Shown here: one piece after another, positions 8,833 through 19,900 of the stretch
How positions within the stretch are numbered: the stretch's first letter is position 1
Layout of the letters: every line of letters begins with the position of its first letter
NCBI RefSeq assembly: GCF_000195855.1
Contig: NC_002677.1
Location: forward strand, 3,120,001-3,152,000
DNA: 32,000 nucleotides
Direction: 5' to 3'
DNA from: Mycobacterium leprae TN
GTDB lineage: Bacteria > Actinomycetota > Actinomycetes > Mycobacteriales > Mycobacteriaceae
Translations under genes and position numbers: made by a program
The notes under the pieces: model-generated
Seen by the model: only the letters and a program-made list of their open reading frames with translations
What the model was told of the DNA's origin: nothing
Database searches by the model: none

Positions 8833-11700
8833 TCAGAGTCGTCCCTCGCGGCGCAGCAGATCCTGCGCACTAATACCACCACCGGTGGCGCGGCGGTGCT
8901 GGCGCGAATTATCGCCTTGTCCTAGGGCGTTTAACTTCTCGGTGGCAACTTCGGAATCGTTGTCCTGTGGCCGCATGATCGGCAGAGCTGTTGTGGGTTC
9001 GGCTGTCTCGCTCGCATTGTCGCTGGAGCGGTTCGCCGGAACCGGCATGGCCCGCGTCTGACCGGAGGCCGGTGACGGGGTTGGTAACGGATGTCGCGTT
9101 GCAGCGAGCGGTACGGCTTGCACGCCTTGGCTGCTGGACACCGCTGCAGTGGTCGGGGCGTTGCCAGGTACCGACAGACGGGTCGTTGTCGCTTCCACCG
9201 ACTGGCTCGGCCTCATCTGTATCCGCGCGGTGCTTGCGCCAGAAGGCAGTTCCTGAGGCCGTTTGATCTGCGGCCGGCTCGCCAGGCCTGAACGTGCCCG
9301 CTGCGACGGCTCCAGCGTGGCGGGGTGAGTAGGGCCACGCGGTACTCGCGACGCTGGAGCGGCTAGGCTAGCCGCTGTGACCGGAGGCCGAACGGGACGC
9401 CCGCTGACAGTCGGCCGCCTGCGCTCGTCAGGCAGGTGAATTTCGCCCAGCCCTATGCGGTTCTGCAGGAGCCGAGCCCAGCGAGGAGCCCACCAACAGT
9501 CGTCACCAAGCAGTTTCATTACCGACGGCACTAAGAACATACGCACTACGGTCGCGTCCAGCAACAGCGCTGCCATCAGCCCGAAGGCCAGGTACTTCAT
9601 CATTACCAGGTCAGAGAATACGAACGAACCGGCGACCACGGCAAGGACCAGCGCTGCCGCGGTGATGAGCCGGCCGGTGGACGCGGTGCCGATCCGGACG
9701 GCCTCCTGGGTCGACATGCTTTCTGCGCGCGCCTCCACCATTCGGGATACTAGGAACACCTCGTAGTCGGTTGCCAAGCCATAGCCGACCGCAACGACGA
9801 GAGCGATGATCACCACCATCAACGGTGTCGGCGTGAAGTTCAGCCATTTGGATAAGTGCCCGTCGACGAAGATCCACGTCAGGATGCCCATCGTGGACCC
9901 AAGTGTGAGTGCGCTCATCACCGCGGCTTTGATCGGCAAGACGAACGACCCGAACGCTAAGAACATCAATAGCATTGTGGTGGTAATCAGCATAATGACC
10001 ATCAGCGGGGCCTGTGCAACCAGGCTGTGAATCGAATCCTGCTCGAGTGCCGGGGTGCCACCGACCGATACCGTGAGGCCTTTTGGTGGCGTGATGCTGC
10101 GTAGCTCGTTGATCTTCTTCGACGCGTCATTCGGATTGATCAAGCCATTCTGCAGGACCCTGACCGACGGATCCTTCGATGCGCCCGGCGCCACGGTGCG
10201 CTCTTGCCACATGTTCACGTAATTGTTGTCCGGCTCGATGAACCCGCTGATCGCCATCGCTTTGCTACGAATGTCAGCGATTTCCTGGTCCGTGACGGGC
10301 TGATGGTTGCTGGTCTGGATAACCAGCGTTAGCGGATTGGTGCGATACCCCGGGAAGAGCTGGTCGAAATGTTCCTGTGACTGCCGCACCGCGTTGTTGG
10401 GTGGCAGGTATTTTTCACTCATGCCGCCGAATGAGAGGTTGCCCAGCGGTATAACTAGCAGGATCATACCGATAACGATCGGTATGGCGAAAACTAGGGG
10501 CCGCTTCATCACGAAGTTGACGAGCTTGCCCCAGAAGCCAGCTTCGACTTCTTCGCGGGTCTTGGTCTTTTGCAGGCGGTCCGCGAGCCAGTTGAGACAG
10601 GCGTGCGACATCCTCCAGTTGCGTAGGAGAGGCACCCGGAACAGGGTCCGCACGCCGAGTGCGTCAACATGTTTGGCCAAGATTGCCAAGCATGCAGGCA
10701 GCAGCGTGATCGACAATAAAGCCGCAAGTGTCACCGCTGCGATAAGAGCATAGGTCAGCGACTTGACAAAGCCCTGCGGTAGCAGTAGCAGGCTAGCTCC
10801 CGATGCGGCAATAAGCACCGCTGAGAATGTCACCGTGCGCCCTGCCGTCATCACTGTGCGTCGCACCGCAGCTTCGGTATCGTAGCCTTCTGCTATCTCC
10901 TCGCGAAACCGGCTCACCACGAAGAGACCGTAGTCCACCGCGATGCCCAAGCCAATCAGCGAAACCACCGGTTGGGCAAAAAAGTGCACTGGTCCGAAGA
11001 GTGCGATGAAGCGCAGGATGCCTAGTGCACCCGCGATGCTCAGGCCACCCACCATAACTGGCAAGCAGGCTGCAATTACGCCGCCGAACACCAAAAACAA
11101 CACCACTGCCACCAGCGGCAGCGCCAGGACTTCCATCCGCCGTTGGTCGGTGGCGATGGTGCTGGTCAAGGCGTTGGCGATTGGGTCGAGGCCAGCGAGC
11201 TGGACGGTACCACCGTCCAGTTTTTGCAGGTCCGGAGCTATGGCTTTGTAGTTGTTGAGGATGGTGTCGTCGTCGTCCCCCTTAAGGGGTATGGACACAA
11301 ACGTGTACTTTTTGTCCGGGGTGGCCATGCCCTGAACAACCGTGTTGGTCGTATCGGATGCGCGCAAGTAGCCGGCCCATCCCGTCACCTTATTGGAGTT
11401 GTTTCGCTGGAACTGGTTAAGTTCATCGGTGATCTTCTTCGCCCATGCCGGGTCATTGACGGTTTTGCCGTCGGGCGCATGGAAGATCGCCACGATGTGG
11501 CCGCTTCGGTCCCGGCCATAGACCTGGTCACCAAGGATTGAGGCTTTCACCGACTGACTACTGTCGTCGTAGAAACCACTCTGCGTGACGTGCTTACCTA
11601 GGCTCAGCCCGAAAACTCCGCCGCACAGGCACAGAGCGACCGTGATCCCGATTACGATGAATCGGTAGCGGTACACAGTTCGACCCCACCAGGCGAACAC
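8833..11700 (-). CDS. mmpL3: MmpL3-like trehalose monomycolate RND transporter
   Basis: 955-aa ORF: GLGIAVDYGLFVVSRFREEIAEG, AVGYGLATDYEVFLVSRMVEARAE, LLGDDCWWAPRWARLLQNRIGLGEIHLPDE. MmpL3-like architecture with a long polar C-terminal tail and Rv0206c position. Confidence 0.95.
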   Translation of the reverse strand: MFAWWGRTVYRYRFIVIGITVALCLCGGVFGLSLGKHVTQSGFYDDSSQSVKASILGDQVYGRDRSGHIVAIFHAPDGKTVNDPAWAKKITDELNQFQRNNSNKVTGWAGYLRASDTTNTVVQGMATPDKKYTFVSIPLKGDDDDTILNNYKAIAPDLQKLDGGTVQLAGLDPIANALTSTIATDQRRMEVLALPLVAVVLFLVFGGVIAACLPVMVGGLSIAGALGILRFIALFGPVHFFAQPVVSLIGLGIAVDYGLFVVSRFREEIAEGYDTEAAVRRTVMTAGRTVTFSAVLIAASGASLLLLPQGFVKSLTYALIAAVTLAALLSITLLPACLAILAKHVDALGVRTLFRVPLLRNWRMSHACLNWLADRLQKTKTREEVEAGFWGKLVNFVMKRPLVFAIPIVIGMILLVIPLGNLSFGGMSEKYLPPNNAVRQSQEHFDQLFPGYRTNPLTLVIQTSNHQPVTDQEIADIRSKAMAISGFIEPDNNYVNMWQERTVAPGASKDPSVRVLQNGLINPNDASKKINELRSITPPKGLTVSVGGTPALEQDSIHSLVAQAPLMVIMLITTTMLLMFLAFGSFVLPIKAAVMSALTLGSTMGILTWIFVDGHLSKWLNFTPTPLMVVIIALVVAVGYGLATDYEVFLVSRMVEARAESMSTQEAVRIGTASTGRLITAAALVLAVVAGSFVFSDLVMMKYLAFGLMAALLLDATVVRMFLVPSVMKLLGDDCWWAPRWARLLQNRIGLGEIHLPDERRRPTVSGRPVRPPVTAASLAAPASRVPRGPTHPATLEPSQRARSGLASRPQIKRPQELPSGASTARIQMRPSQSVEATTTRLSVPGNAPTTAAVSSSQGVQAVPLAATRHPLPTPSPASGQTRAMPVPANRSSDNASETAEPTTALPIMRPQDNDSEVATEKLNALGQGDNSRQHRRATGGGISAQDLLRREGRL

Positions 11701-11779
11701 GTAAGCTCCTTACTGGATCTGTAGCGACCCGCGCAGTGCCTTTTCGGTTTTTCAACGCGCCAGTGTCACACACTCGAGT

Positions 11780-12499
11780 TTAATAACGCAGCCATCGGCC
11801 GGGAAATGGCGCGCACCACTCCCCTTGTGCAGGCAGCGAATCTAGGCTGATTCGCGGCAATGACTCTCGGAAAACACCCGCGATGTCCTCCAGGTCGGCG
11901 AACTCTAAGATAGCCGACGCTAGCGCCCAACTAGTGTGTTCACGAAATCCGATCATTTGAACATCGATTACGGCGTGCGCGGTTCTTTCCAGTGTTTGGC
12001 GTAACGCTTGACTGTACGCGGAGACCACCACCTGCACTGCCAGCCCTTCGTTGTACCGCCCCTTGATACGGCCCAGCATGTGGCTGTCTTCGTCAATTTT
12101 CGGCTTGACGAAAATTACAAATTCCACGTTACGTAGCGTGTCCACCCAAAGCCGAACCACGTCGGCGCTGGCCTGCGCTATGTTGGTGAACATAGTGCCC
12201 TTCAGTCCGATCGTGCTGTCTGGATAGCCGACCGCGACTTCTGTATTACAGGTGAATAGCCAGCGACCTAGCGCATCGAAACACGGACGTTCCAGGGCGT
12301 TCCGGTGGTGGTGGTCCACAATGGCGTCCAAGCCCATATCGAGGTTGGGCGCATCCCATATCAGCATCACACACCTGGCTGGGGGGGCGAAGCTAGCCCG
12401 AGCCTCGACGCAGTTGCCGGATCGTGCCGTCGGTGCAGGCGGCTCCGGTGTTTCCAGGACCGCCGCAACGGTTGCTTCTTCGGTCACTGGGATAGTCAT
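11780..12499 (-). CDS. NYN-domain (PIN-like) protein (Rv0207c-like)
   Basis: Long frame 11780-12574; VMLIWDAPNLDMGLDAI is the N-terminal Asp motif of a NYN/PIN-like domain. I favour the ATG at 12499 (MTIPVTEE...) because sequence 5' of it is encoded by a short tandem repeat. Confidence 0.75.
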   Translation of the reverse strand: MTIPVTEEATVAAVLETPEPPAPTARSGNCVEARASFAPPARCVMLIWDAPNLDMGLDAIVDHHHRNALERPCFDALGRWLFTCNTEVAVGYPDSTIGLKGTMFTNIAQASADVVRLWVDTLRNVEFVIFVKPKIDEDSHMLGRIKGRYNEGLAVQVVVSAYSQALRQTLERTAHAVIDVQMIGFREHTSWALASAILEFADLEDIAGVFRESLPRISLDSLPAQGEWCAPFPGRWLRY

Positions 12500-12507
12500 C
12501 GGTTTAT

Positions 12508-12601
12508 CAAGATCGATTGCATTGCTTTCGAGATCAATTTCGAGTTTTCGGCAAATCAACTTCACTTTTTGCAAATCAACTGCGTTTTTTCCAAATCAAC
12601 T
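12508..12601. repeat. Short imperfect tandem repeat, unit ~20-22 bp, at the trmB / NYN gene boundary
   Basis: CAAATCAACT at 12552-12561, 12572-12581 and 12592-12601 (exact 20-bp spacing) with T-rich spacers TCACTTTTTG and GCGTTTTTTC; two more diverged units upstream (AGATCAATTTCGAGTTTTCGG, AGATCGATTGCATTGCTTTCG). Confidence 0.8.
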
Positions 12602-13415
12602 CGGTAACGACGTTGCCGGCATGCTGCGCTTTCGTTTCGTACTTGGTGGTTGGGCGAACGGTTGAAATTGGCAGCTGGGTTCTGCCATCAGCACGACTCA
12701 GCAGTGGCTCGCCGTCGCCGAATTTGGCGATTTGTTTTGCGTAGTCGGGGTGGTCCGTCGCGGTGTGCAGGACCCCACCGGGGAGTAGCCGGTCAGCGAT
12801 CAGTTCAACCGTGGCCGGTTGTAGGAACCTGCGTTTGTGGTGGCGAACCTTCGGCCATGGATCGGGAAAAAAGACACGAACACCGGTCAGCGACCTTGGT
12901 GCGATAAGGTACTGCAGCACGTAGAGCGCGTTCCCATGAATCATACGGATGTTGTGCACCTGGTCTCGGTCGATCGCGCACAACAGCTGCGCCAATCCGC
13001 GACGGTAAACTTCTACTGCGATCACATCGATGTCGGGTTCGTGCTGCGCCATGGCCAGCGTTGCAGTGCCGCTGCCGCAGCCGACCTCGAGTACCACTAA
13101 GGTGGAACGCCCGAACCACGCTCCGGTGTCTAGCCGCTCGGCGCTGCGGGTTTGGGACACCGCCGAAATGCCTATTTCCGGCCACAACCGCTCCCAGGTC
13201 TGCCGCTGGGCGTGTGATAAGGCGGAGCGTCGCTTACGAAAAGCAGTGGCTGGTAGATGGCGTGCCACACCACTTTGTTCGAAGCCAGGCTCAGAGTGGT
13301 TTGTCTCACGCGGCTCTAACGACGGGTGCGAGTCCGCTCCGCAGCTTGGGCTAGCTGGGTTCCGCGCCGTTACAAGCGTGTCGAGACGTAACCTCACCCC
13401 GGGTTGTTCATGCAT
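12576..13415 (-). CDS. trmB: tRNA (guanine-N7-)-methyltransferase (TrmB)
   Basis: 279-aa ORF with VVLEVGCGSGTATLAMA, IHGNALYVLQYLI and RVFFPDPWPKVRHHKRRFLQP, the canonical TrmB motifs. The native start may be downstream. Confidence 0.93.
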   Translation of the reverse strand: MHEQPGVRLRLDTLVTARNPASPSCGADSHPSLEPRETNHSEPGFEQSGVARHLPATAFRKRRSALSHAQRQTWERLWPEIGISAVSQTRSAERLDTGAWFGRSTLVVLEVGCGSGTATLAMAQHEPDIDVIAVEVYRRGLAQLLCAIDRDQVHNIRMIHGNALYVLQYLIAPRSLTGVRVFFPDPWPKVRHHKRRFLQPATVELIADRLLPGGVLHTATDHPDYAKQIAKFGDGEPLLSRADGRTQLPISTVRPTTKYETKAQHAGNVVTELIWKKRS

Positions 13416-14489
13416 TTGTCCATGGTGGCGTATGAATCCTTAACGTAGCCGCCCCTGGCCCAGATTGATATCCAACAGTTGCTTTCAACTGGCAACGATA
13501 GCTCACATCTCGGCAACGGAGGTGCGACCATTCGGTAGTGTGTGATCGGCCTCCAGCAAACTAACCTAGCTGGGCGATGAAGCAGAATTTGCGACCTGAG
13601 AAGAAAAAACGGCAAGGGGTCAAGAGGATCGGGCTAATTGGTTCGGGCCAGCGGGGACGTGACAGAACGGGGGCACCAGATTTTTGTCGGCGCCCTGGCT
13701 GACGATCTTGCCGCCCATCTGTCGCGGGTGGCGCGCTGGCAGCGCTATAGCATCGGAAACCTCGGTTCGTTGAGCGAGCTGCATCGTTAATGCGGCTCGG
13801 ATATCGTCAAAGAATCGCTACGGTTCTGGTCTTGGGCTGCTGCGCCCGGTGGCGCTATAGAGTAGCGGTTATCAGCGCAGCTGACGAGACCCGGTCGCCC
13901 TGTTTGCGCCGCGGTGGCAGCGGCCCGAAGTTCATCAATTCATTAATCGCCGTGAGGTGGTACCAGTTAAACTTAACCATGGATAGCCAGCGTAACTGGT
14001 GTGGCAGCGTCGCTAAGCGAACGCTTGCCGCAGCACAAGTTCATCGAGTTGACCTACCAGGGGCACGGCGACGCTCCGCTGCCGCTGTTGTTTGTCGTTT
14101 CTGCAGTAGCTGAACTGGCGGAATCGGATTGTGTGCTGCTCAGGATGACGGACGACGGGCCTGATTTTCGGTGAACCACAGACCGACGATTTGGTAGATG
14201 CCGTGCTTGTGGACTCTCCTCGGGCGGACCAACACAATGGCGCGCTGGGCCATAGGCCAAAGCCTGGTGTGGGTATGGGGTGACTCGTCGCGTGCAGCAC
14301 GACCCTGCGGGAGCGGAGCCAATACTAAATCCGAGCCGGATCATTAGGTTGTGCGGTCTGATCCAGCAGGCTTGGGTCCAGTTGTCTGACTTTGCACGCG
14401 ATTGTTGTTCGTCGGCGTGCGGCTAGTTAAAAACACCGTATAATAGACATAATAGACGGTTTTATCGTTAATAAAAGCTTAATAAGAAC

Positions 14490-14511
14490 ACCGCCGGTTT
14501 ATCTCGGCGGT
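14490..14511. repeat. Small inverted repeat / potential stem-loop
   Basis: ACCGCCG (14490-14496), loop GTTTATCT, CGGCGGT (14505-14511). Confidence 0.5.
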
Positions 14512-15166
14512 ATATGGCCAGGTTCTGAAGCGTATACACGCGGCCAGGTCGTACAGATAAACGACGTTATCATAGTACACCCTCACCTCGCCAAGGTAGC
14601 TTAGGTGATGGGATGCCGTGTTGGTCCCGCTAGCCTTCGAAGTGTTGTCGGCGTTCGACGTCCCGGACCTGCTGCTGAAATTGCGGCGATAAGAAACTTT
14701 AGCGGATGATCTTGTTAGGTGCCGGATGTGGATTTAGGGGCGCCGTTGATCTTTGGATTGACTGGTGGCCGGTCTGGATTTGGGCTAGAGGCCGCATGGG
14801 TCAGTCCACGCTTGGTGGCCAGATTGGCTGTTAACCGTCGTGGTGGTCAACATCTGCGGTTTGTTACGTGACCGCGAGGTGATGGACTGACGGGTGGGCG
14901 ACGTAACGCCGGCGCTGCGAGTCACGGTGGAAGAGCTGGTTGCGACTCGGGTACTGGCCCGAGTCGGCGTTGAGCACCGCGCCGGCGTGTTCGGAATAAT
15001 GTCGGCAGCGCAAGCCGCGCTCGATGTTGTGCGTCCAGAATTGGGTGAGTTGCAAGCAGCAACAGCGGTTGGCGACAATTCCTAACGTTTTTCAGGCTGG
15101 CGAATCCTCGTTGTGAGGAGGCTTATACCTGCCCCGGCCTTCCGCAACAAGTTGGTCACGATAACC

Positions 15167-15180
15167 TGTACATCTGTACA
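15167..15180. promoter_or_regulatory. Palindromic putative operator upstream of pckA
   Basis: TGTACA-TC-TGTACA: two copies of the self-complementary hexamer TGTACA separated by 2 bp, 94 bp upstream of the pckA ATG. Confidence 0.35.
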
Positions 15181-15273
15181 TAACGCGTTTGTGTTGGCAA
15201 ATACAGGCGAGTGCATCAACAACCACGAGAAGCCGACGAAATACGTAAATGAATTCAGGAGAGGGAGACTTCG

Positions 15274-17103
15274 ATGACTTCAGCGACTATTCCCGGTCTG
15301 GATACCGCTCCAACAAACCACCAGAAGTTGCTGTCGTGGCTAGAGGAGGTCGCTGAACTGACACATCCTGCCCAGGTGGTTTTCGCTGACGGTTCCGACG
15401 AAGAATGGCAACAGCTCACCGAGCGACTGGTAGCGGCGGGCACCTTCAAGAAGCTGAACGATGAAAAACACCCCAACTCCTACCTGGCGCTGTCCGATCC
15501 CTCTGACGTGGCGCGGGTGGAGTCACGGACCTTTATCTGTTCCGAGCGTGAGATCGATGCCGGACCCACCAACAACTGGATGGACCCCGCTGAAATGCGG
15601 TCTACCATGACCGAGCTGTACCGCGGTTGCATGCGCGGCCGCACCATGTGGGTGGTGCCCTTCTGCATGGGTCCGCCGGGTGCTGAGGACCCGAAGTTGG
15701 GCGTGGAGATCACCGACTCCGAATACGTTGTTGCGTCGATGAAGGTTATGACTCGGATGGGCACATCCGCCCTAGAGAAGATCGGCGACGACGGGTTCTT
15801 CGTCAAGGCCCTGCATTCGGTGGGCGCCCCGCTACAGCCGGGTCAACAAGACATGCCGTGGCCGTGCAACGAAACCAAATACATCACCCATTTCCCGGAG
15901 ACCCGCGAGATCTGGAGCTACGGCTCCGGCTACGGCGGCAACGCACTGTTAGGGAAGAAGTGCTACTCGCTGCGAATCGCCTCGGCGATGGCCCACGACG
16001 AGGGCTGGCTTGCCGAGCACATGCTGATCCTTAAGCTCATTTCCCCGGAGAACAAGGCGTACTACTTCGCGGCGGCGTTCCCGTCGGCCTGCGGCAAGAC
16101 CAACCTCGCCATGCTGCAACCGACAATCCCGGGCTGGCGCGCTGAAACTCTCGGGGACGACATCGCCTGGATGCGATTCGGCAAGGACGGCCGACTGTAC
16201 GCGGTCAACCCCGAGTTCGGATTCTTCGGCGTCGCACCGGGCACCAACTGGAAGTCCAACCCGAACGCCATGCGCACCATCGCCGCGGGTAACACCGTCT
16301 TCACCAATGTCGCGCTCACCGACGACAACGACGTATGGTGGGAGGGCCTGGAAGGAGAGCCTGCGCATCTGATCGACTGGAAGGGCAACGACTGGTACGC
16401 TGGGAAGACGGAGACCCCCGCGGCACATTCGAATTCGCGCTACTGCACGCCGATGTCGCAGTGCCCGATCTTGGCGCCGGAATGGGACGATCCGCGGGGT
16501 GTGCCGATCTCAGTCATTCTGTTCGGCGCCCGCCGCAAGACTACAGTGCCGTTGGTAACGCAAGCTCGCAACTGGCAGCACGGCGTTTTCATGGGAGCCA
16601 CCATGGGTAGCGAACAGACCGCCGCAGCCGAAGGCAAGGTCGGTACGGTTCGGCGCGACCCGATGGCCATGTTGCCATTCATGGGCTACCACGTCGGCGA
16701 CTACTTTCAGCACTGGATCGATCTGGGCAAACACTCCGACGAATCCAATCTACCGAAGGTGTTCTTCGTCAACTGGTTCCGCCGCGGCGAAGGCGGCAAA
16801 TTCTTATGGCCGGGCTTCGGCGAGAACAGCCGGGTGTTGAAGTGGATCGTTGACCGCATCGAGCACAAGGCAGGCGGACAGGACACCCTGATCGGCATCG
16901 TGCCGACCGCCACGGACCTGGACCTGGACGGACTCGACATCAGCAGCGACGACGTTGCCAAGGCTCTCGCGGTCGACCCCGCCGAGTGGCGCAATGAACT
17001 GCCGTTGATTGAAGAGTGGTTCGAGTTCGTCGGCGACAAGTTGCCCTCTGGCATGCAGGATGAATTCGAAGCACTCAAGCAGCGGCTGGCAAAGGAGGAC
17101 TAA
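15274..17103 (+). CDS. pckA: Phosphoenolpyruvate carboxykinase (GTP)
   Basis: 609-aa ORF preceded by AGGAGAGGGAGACTTCG; contains [13 protein letters not shown] and [32 protein letters not shown], diagnostic for GTP-type PEPCK. Confidence 0.98.
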   Translation: MTSATIPGLDTAPTNHQKLLSWLEEVAELTHPAQVVFADGSDEEWQQLTERLVAAGTFKKLNDEKHPNSYLALSDPSDVARVESRTFICSEREIDAGPTNNWMDPAEMRSTMTELYRGCMRGRTMWVVPFCMGPPGAEDPKLGVEITDSEYVVASMKVMTRMGTSALEKIGDDGFFVKALHSVGAPLQPGQQDMPWPCNETKYITHFPETREIWSYGSGYGGNALLGKKCYSLRIASAMAHDEGWLAEHMLILKLISPENKAYYFAAAFPSACGKTNLAMLQPTIPGWRAETLGDDIAWMRFGKDGRLYAVNPEFGFFGVAPGTNWKSNPNAMRTIAAGNTVFTNVALTDDNDVWWEGLEGEPAHLIDWKGNDWYAGKTETPAAHSNSRYCTPMSQCPILAPEWDDPRGVPISVILFGARRKTTVPLVTQARNWQHGVFMGATMGSEQTAAAEGKVGTVRRDPMAMLPFMGYHVGDYFQHWIDLGKHSDESNLPKVFFVNWFRRGEGGKFLWPGFGENSRVLKWIVDRIEHKAGGQDTLIGIVPTATDLDLDGLDISSDDVAKALAVDPAEWRNELPLIEEWFEFVGDKLPSGMQDEFEALKQRLAKED

Positions 17104-18432
17104 CAGCCAATCGTGTATCGTCGCAACGACTTCGATAGGTATACTACACCCGATCCGGGGCCGGCTACCGAGTTGTCCAGATTCGAGAAAGCGCATCACT
17201 TCAGCGACAGGCAGCTGCAGTCGATTAGCCGGTCCTTGGACAGATGAGCTCAGTCGGCACGGGTTGGGTTATACGCTCATCCGACGGCTTCATCAGTGTG
17301 TCCACAACCTCGGCCGAGGCGCAAAGTCGACGTTGCGCACTGCCCGGGTGAACGCCAGGCGCCGCAGCATCTGTCGTGAGAATCGGTGTTGTCCGTCAGC
17401 CGTTCGGGTTGCGGTCATCAGGCCTTGATTCTCGTGAAACGAGATTGCCGACGCCGTGAATCCGCTGCAATTCGCTAACTTCCCGACGGTGAATCAGTCT
17501 GCGGTGGTCATGTGGCCGCTCTAGAAATTAGGGATTGACTAATATGTTCCCTTTAACTGGCAGTACGTCTGTATGACCCAATCCAAGACCACCTGTCTGG
17601 TCACGATCGTAACCACCGCCGCGCGCAGGTTTGGCCGCGCGGCGACCGCGACATTACTCGTCCGATGCCGGGTCATTGTCGGCGATGCTAAGCCGTTCCG
17701 ACGATCTGGAAACAATGGCTCTACAACTGAATTTGACGTAGCTGATCGCTTGACCTGGCGACGTCACCGATGCGTAGCATCGTGACCCATTAGTCGCCAA
17801 GTGGAGAGTCTACTCCCACAAGACACCGAAAACCTTCTGGGTTACTCACGCAAAAGTGCTTGACGCGGCGGAGTTAGGTGTTCCCGACGAGGAAATAAAT
17901 CAACGTGTGATGGCGGCGGCGCAGGTCGTCGACTCGGATGGTGCCACCGACCAATTTGCCTATGAGCTACTGGCTTGACGTCCGGACCGCTTGACGAACT
18001 TCAAGTTCCTGCGATCCATTGTGCTAGAAACGCAGACGCTACGCATCGACAGTGGGAAGCTCCGCAAGAACGGTCTGGTCAAGAAATACTTGGGTGAAAC
18101 GATGCTCTGGTTGGTCGATATCGGTGGCGCAGTACTCTGAACGTCACCCTGGTCGCTGGTGTTATCGTTGCCTTCGGCTCGGACACCGATATTCGCATTT
18201 TACAGGAACGAGACGAATACTTTACTTACACTGTGGCTTTCACCGTGGCCGAGGATTAATGTGCCGATCGTACAGCGATCATCGTCGAGTTGACGGTCTA
18301 CTTGGCCTTACAGGTGGTACCGGAGTTCACGCGCTGGCTGACCGACAGCGATTCTGCTCGCATACCCGGCCTACCGAACCAGATCCTCGTGGAACGCTAC
18401 GGCGATATTTTGCGGACAAGATGTCGCCGTAG

Positions 18433-18660
18433 CGTCATAACGCATTTTCCACCTACTATTGCGCCGCCCTGCTAGAGGCGCTTGCCATTGCACAGCTGTA
18501 CCCGTCGGTGACCGGTATCGTGTTGAGCGGCAACGGCCTATCGTTCTGCAGCGCCGGCAATCTAGCAGAATTCGGCACTTTGACTGCCGCAGCGAGCTCA
18601 CACGTGGCGCGCACCAGCCACAGCCCAGCCCTGATTCTCGATGTGCTGGGCAGGGGCTGG
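18433..18660 (+). pseudogene. Enoyl-CoA hydratase/isomerase family relic
   Basis: Translation RHNAFSTYYCAALLEALAIAQLYPSVTGIVLSGNGLSFCSAGNLAEFGTLTAAASSHVARTSHSPALILDVLG matches the crotonase N-terminal pattern (rpHNAFS...vL.GnGpsFcsGgDL.EFG). No full-length frame. Confidence 0.75.
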
Positions 18661-19439
18661 GAGATGACTGAGTTCTGGTATAGATTGAAGCGTTGTACAA
18701 TTTGATTATTTTCTTACCGAAAATTGGTCTGTGGTTCTGCTGTCCGGCTCCGGCATATGCATCTGGATAGTGCACCGGCTTCCGGTCGCGATGGCCTCGA
18801 CAACGCCCTCGCCAACGTATCTATAGTGATGATGATTACCCACTGCTTGGTGTTATTTGGGAGCCAGCTGCGCTTCAGCATAGCGTTCTTGACTATACAG
18901 CCTTGGAGATGTTAGGAGAATACACGATCGACACAATCCCAAACAGAAGGCGACACAAGACTGTGCACACAATCGCCCAGACGAGGTAGTTATCCGGCTG
19001 CTGTTAGCTTTGCCGGTTTCCTTGTGACCTCAGCAACCGGGGTTACTGTCTTTGCCGCTCTAGGTTGTTAAGCGGGCCAATTTGAGAAACCAGGATCAGG
19101 AGATAGCCTATTACTCATAGTGACTTCCTTTCCTCCACTGTGATAGGCTAACTGTTGGTGTCAGGTTTCCTGCACCGAAGTTAGGCAAACATACAGCACC
19201 GGTCAGTTGCTAGCGTCGATTTCACAAATTCCTTTGTAAGCACACTCAATTCTGTATCTTCAAAGATTTGCTCAGATTCCTCCCCAGGATATCAACTGTC
19301 TGGTTATCACATTGTGCTGGATTGCATTGGGGCCTTCTCCGAAGATCATCAGTGGCGCGGCCCGGACTTAGCGTTCGACATCGTATTCGCATGAATAGCT
19401 ATAACCAACACGGATGTGTACCGCGTTCAGGGCGCCATC

Positions 19440-19900
19440 CATCGCCGCTTCGGAAGTGATATAGCTTGGCCATGCCGGCGGCCATATCGCAGCACTCGCT
19501 GATGTCATAACGTTCGGCGGCATAGCGAGTGAGGTGACGGACGGCGGTGAGTTCGGTAACTATATCGGTCAGGTGGTTATCGACGGTCGGTTGCTGTCAA
19601 AGCTTCTGGCCGAAAATTTCCCGTAATCTGAGCATAGGCCAGTGCGTCTTCGAGCGCAGTAGTCGCTATGCTTGAGAGCTCAAGCAGCCACTCGGATTCG
19701 GGCCTTCTCCAGCCCCTTTATCTTCTGCGAAAAACTTTCACCCATGCGGTCGTTCAAGACCGCCGGTATCAGTACCGCCAATTTGTCGAGCGTTAGCTCG
19801 CAGGACTCCACGTCTTGTCGCTGAACTTGGGTAGGTCGCGTACCATCGTCAGAATAGGACAGTGCACCTACAACAGAATCAACATACCCATGTGGCGCGG
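19440..19900 (-). pseudogene. Acyl-CoA dehydrogenase relic (fadE3/Rv0215c-like)
   Basis: Reverse-strand pieces, frame-shifted between each other: YAQITGNFRPEA, DSNRPSI.NHLTDIVTELTAVRHLTRYAAERYDI, MAAGMAKLY, resembling the ACAD C-terminal segment; located immediately before an Rv0216-like gene. Confidence 0.5.
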
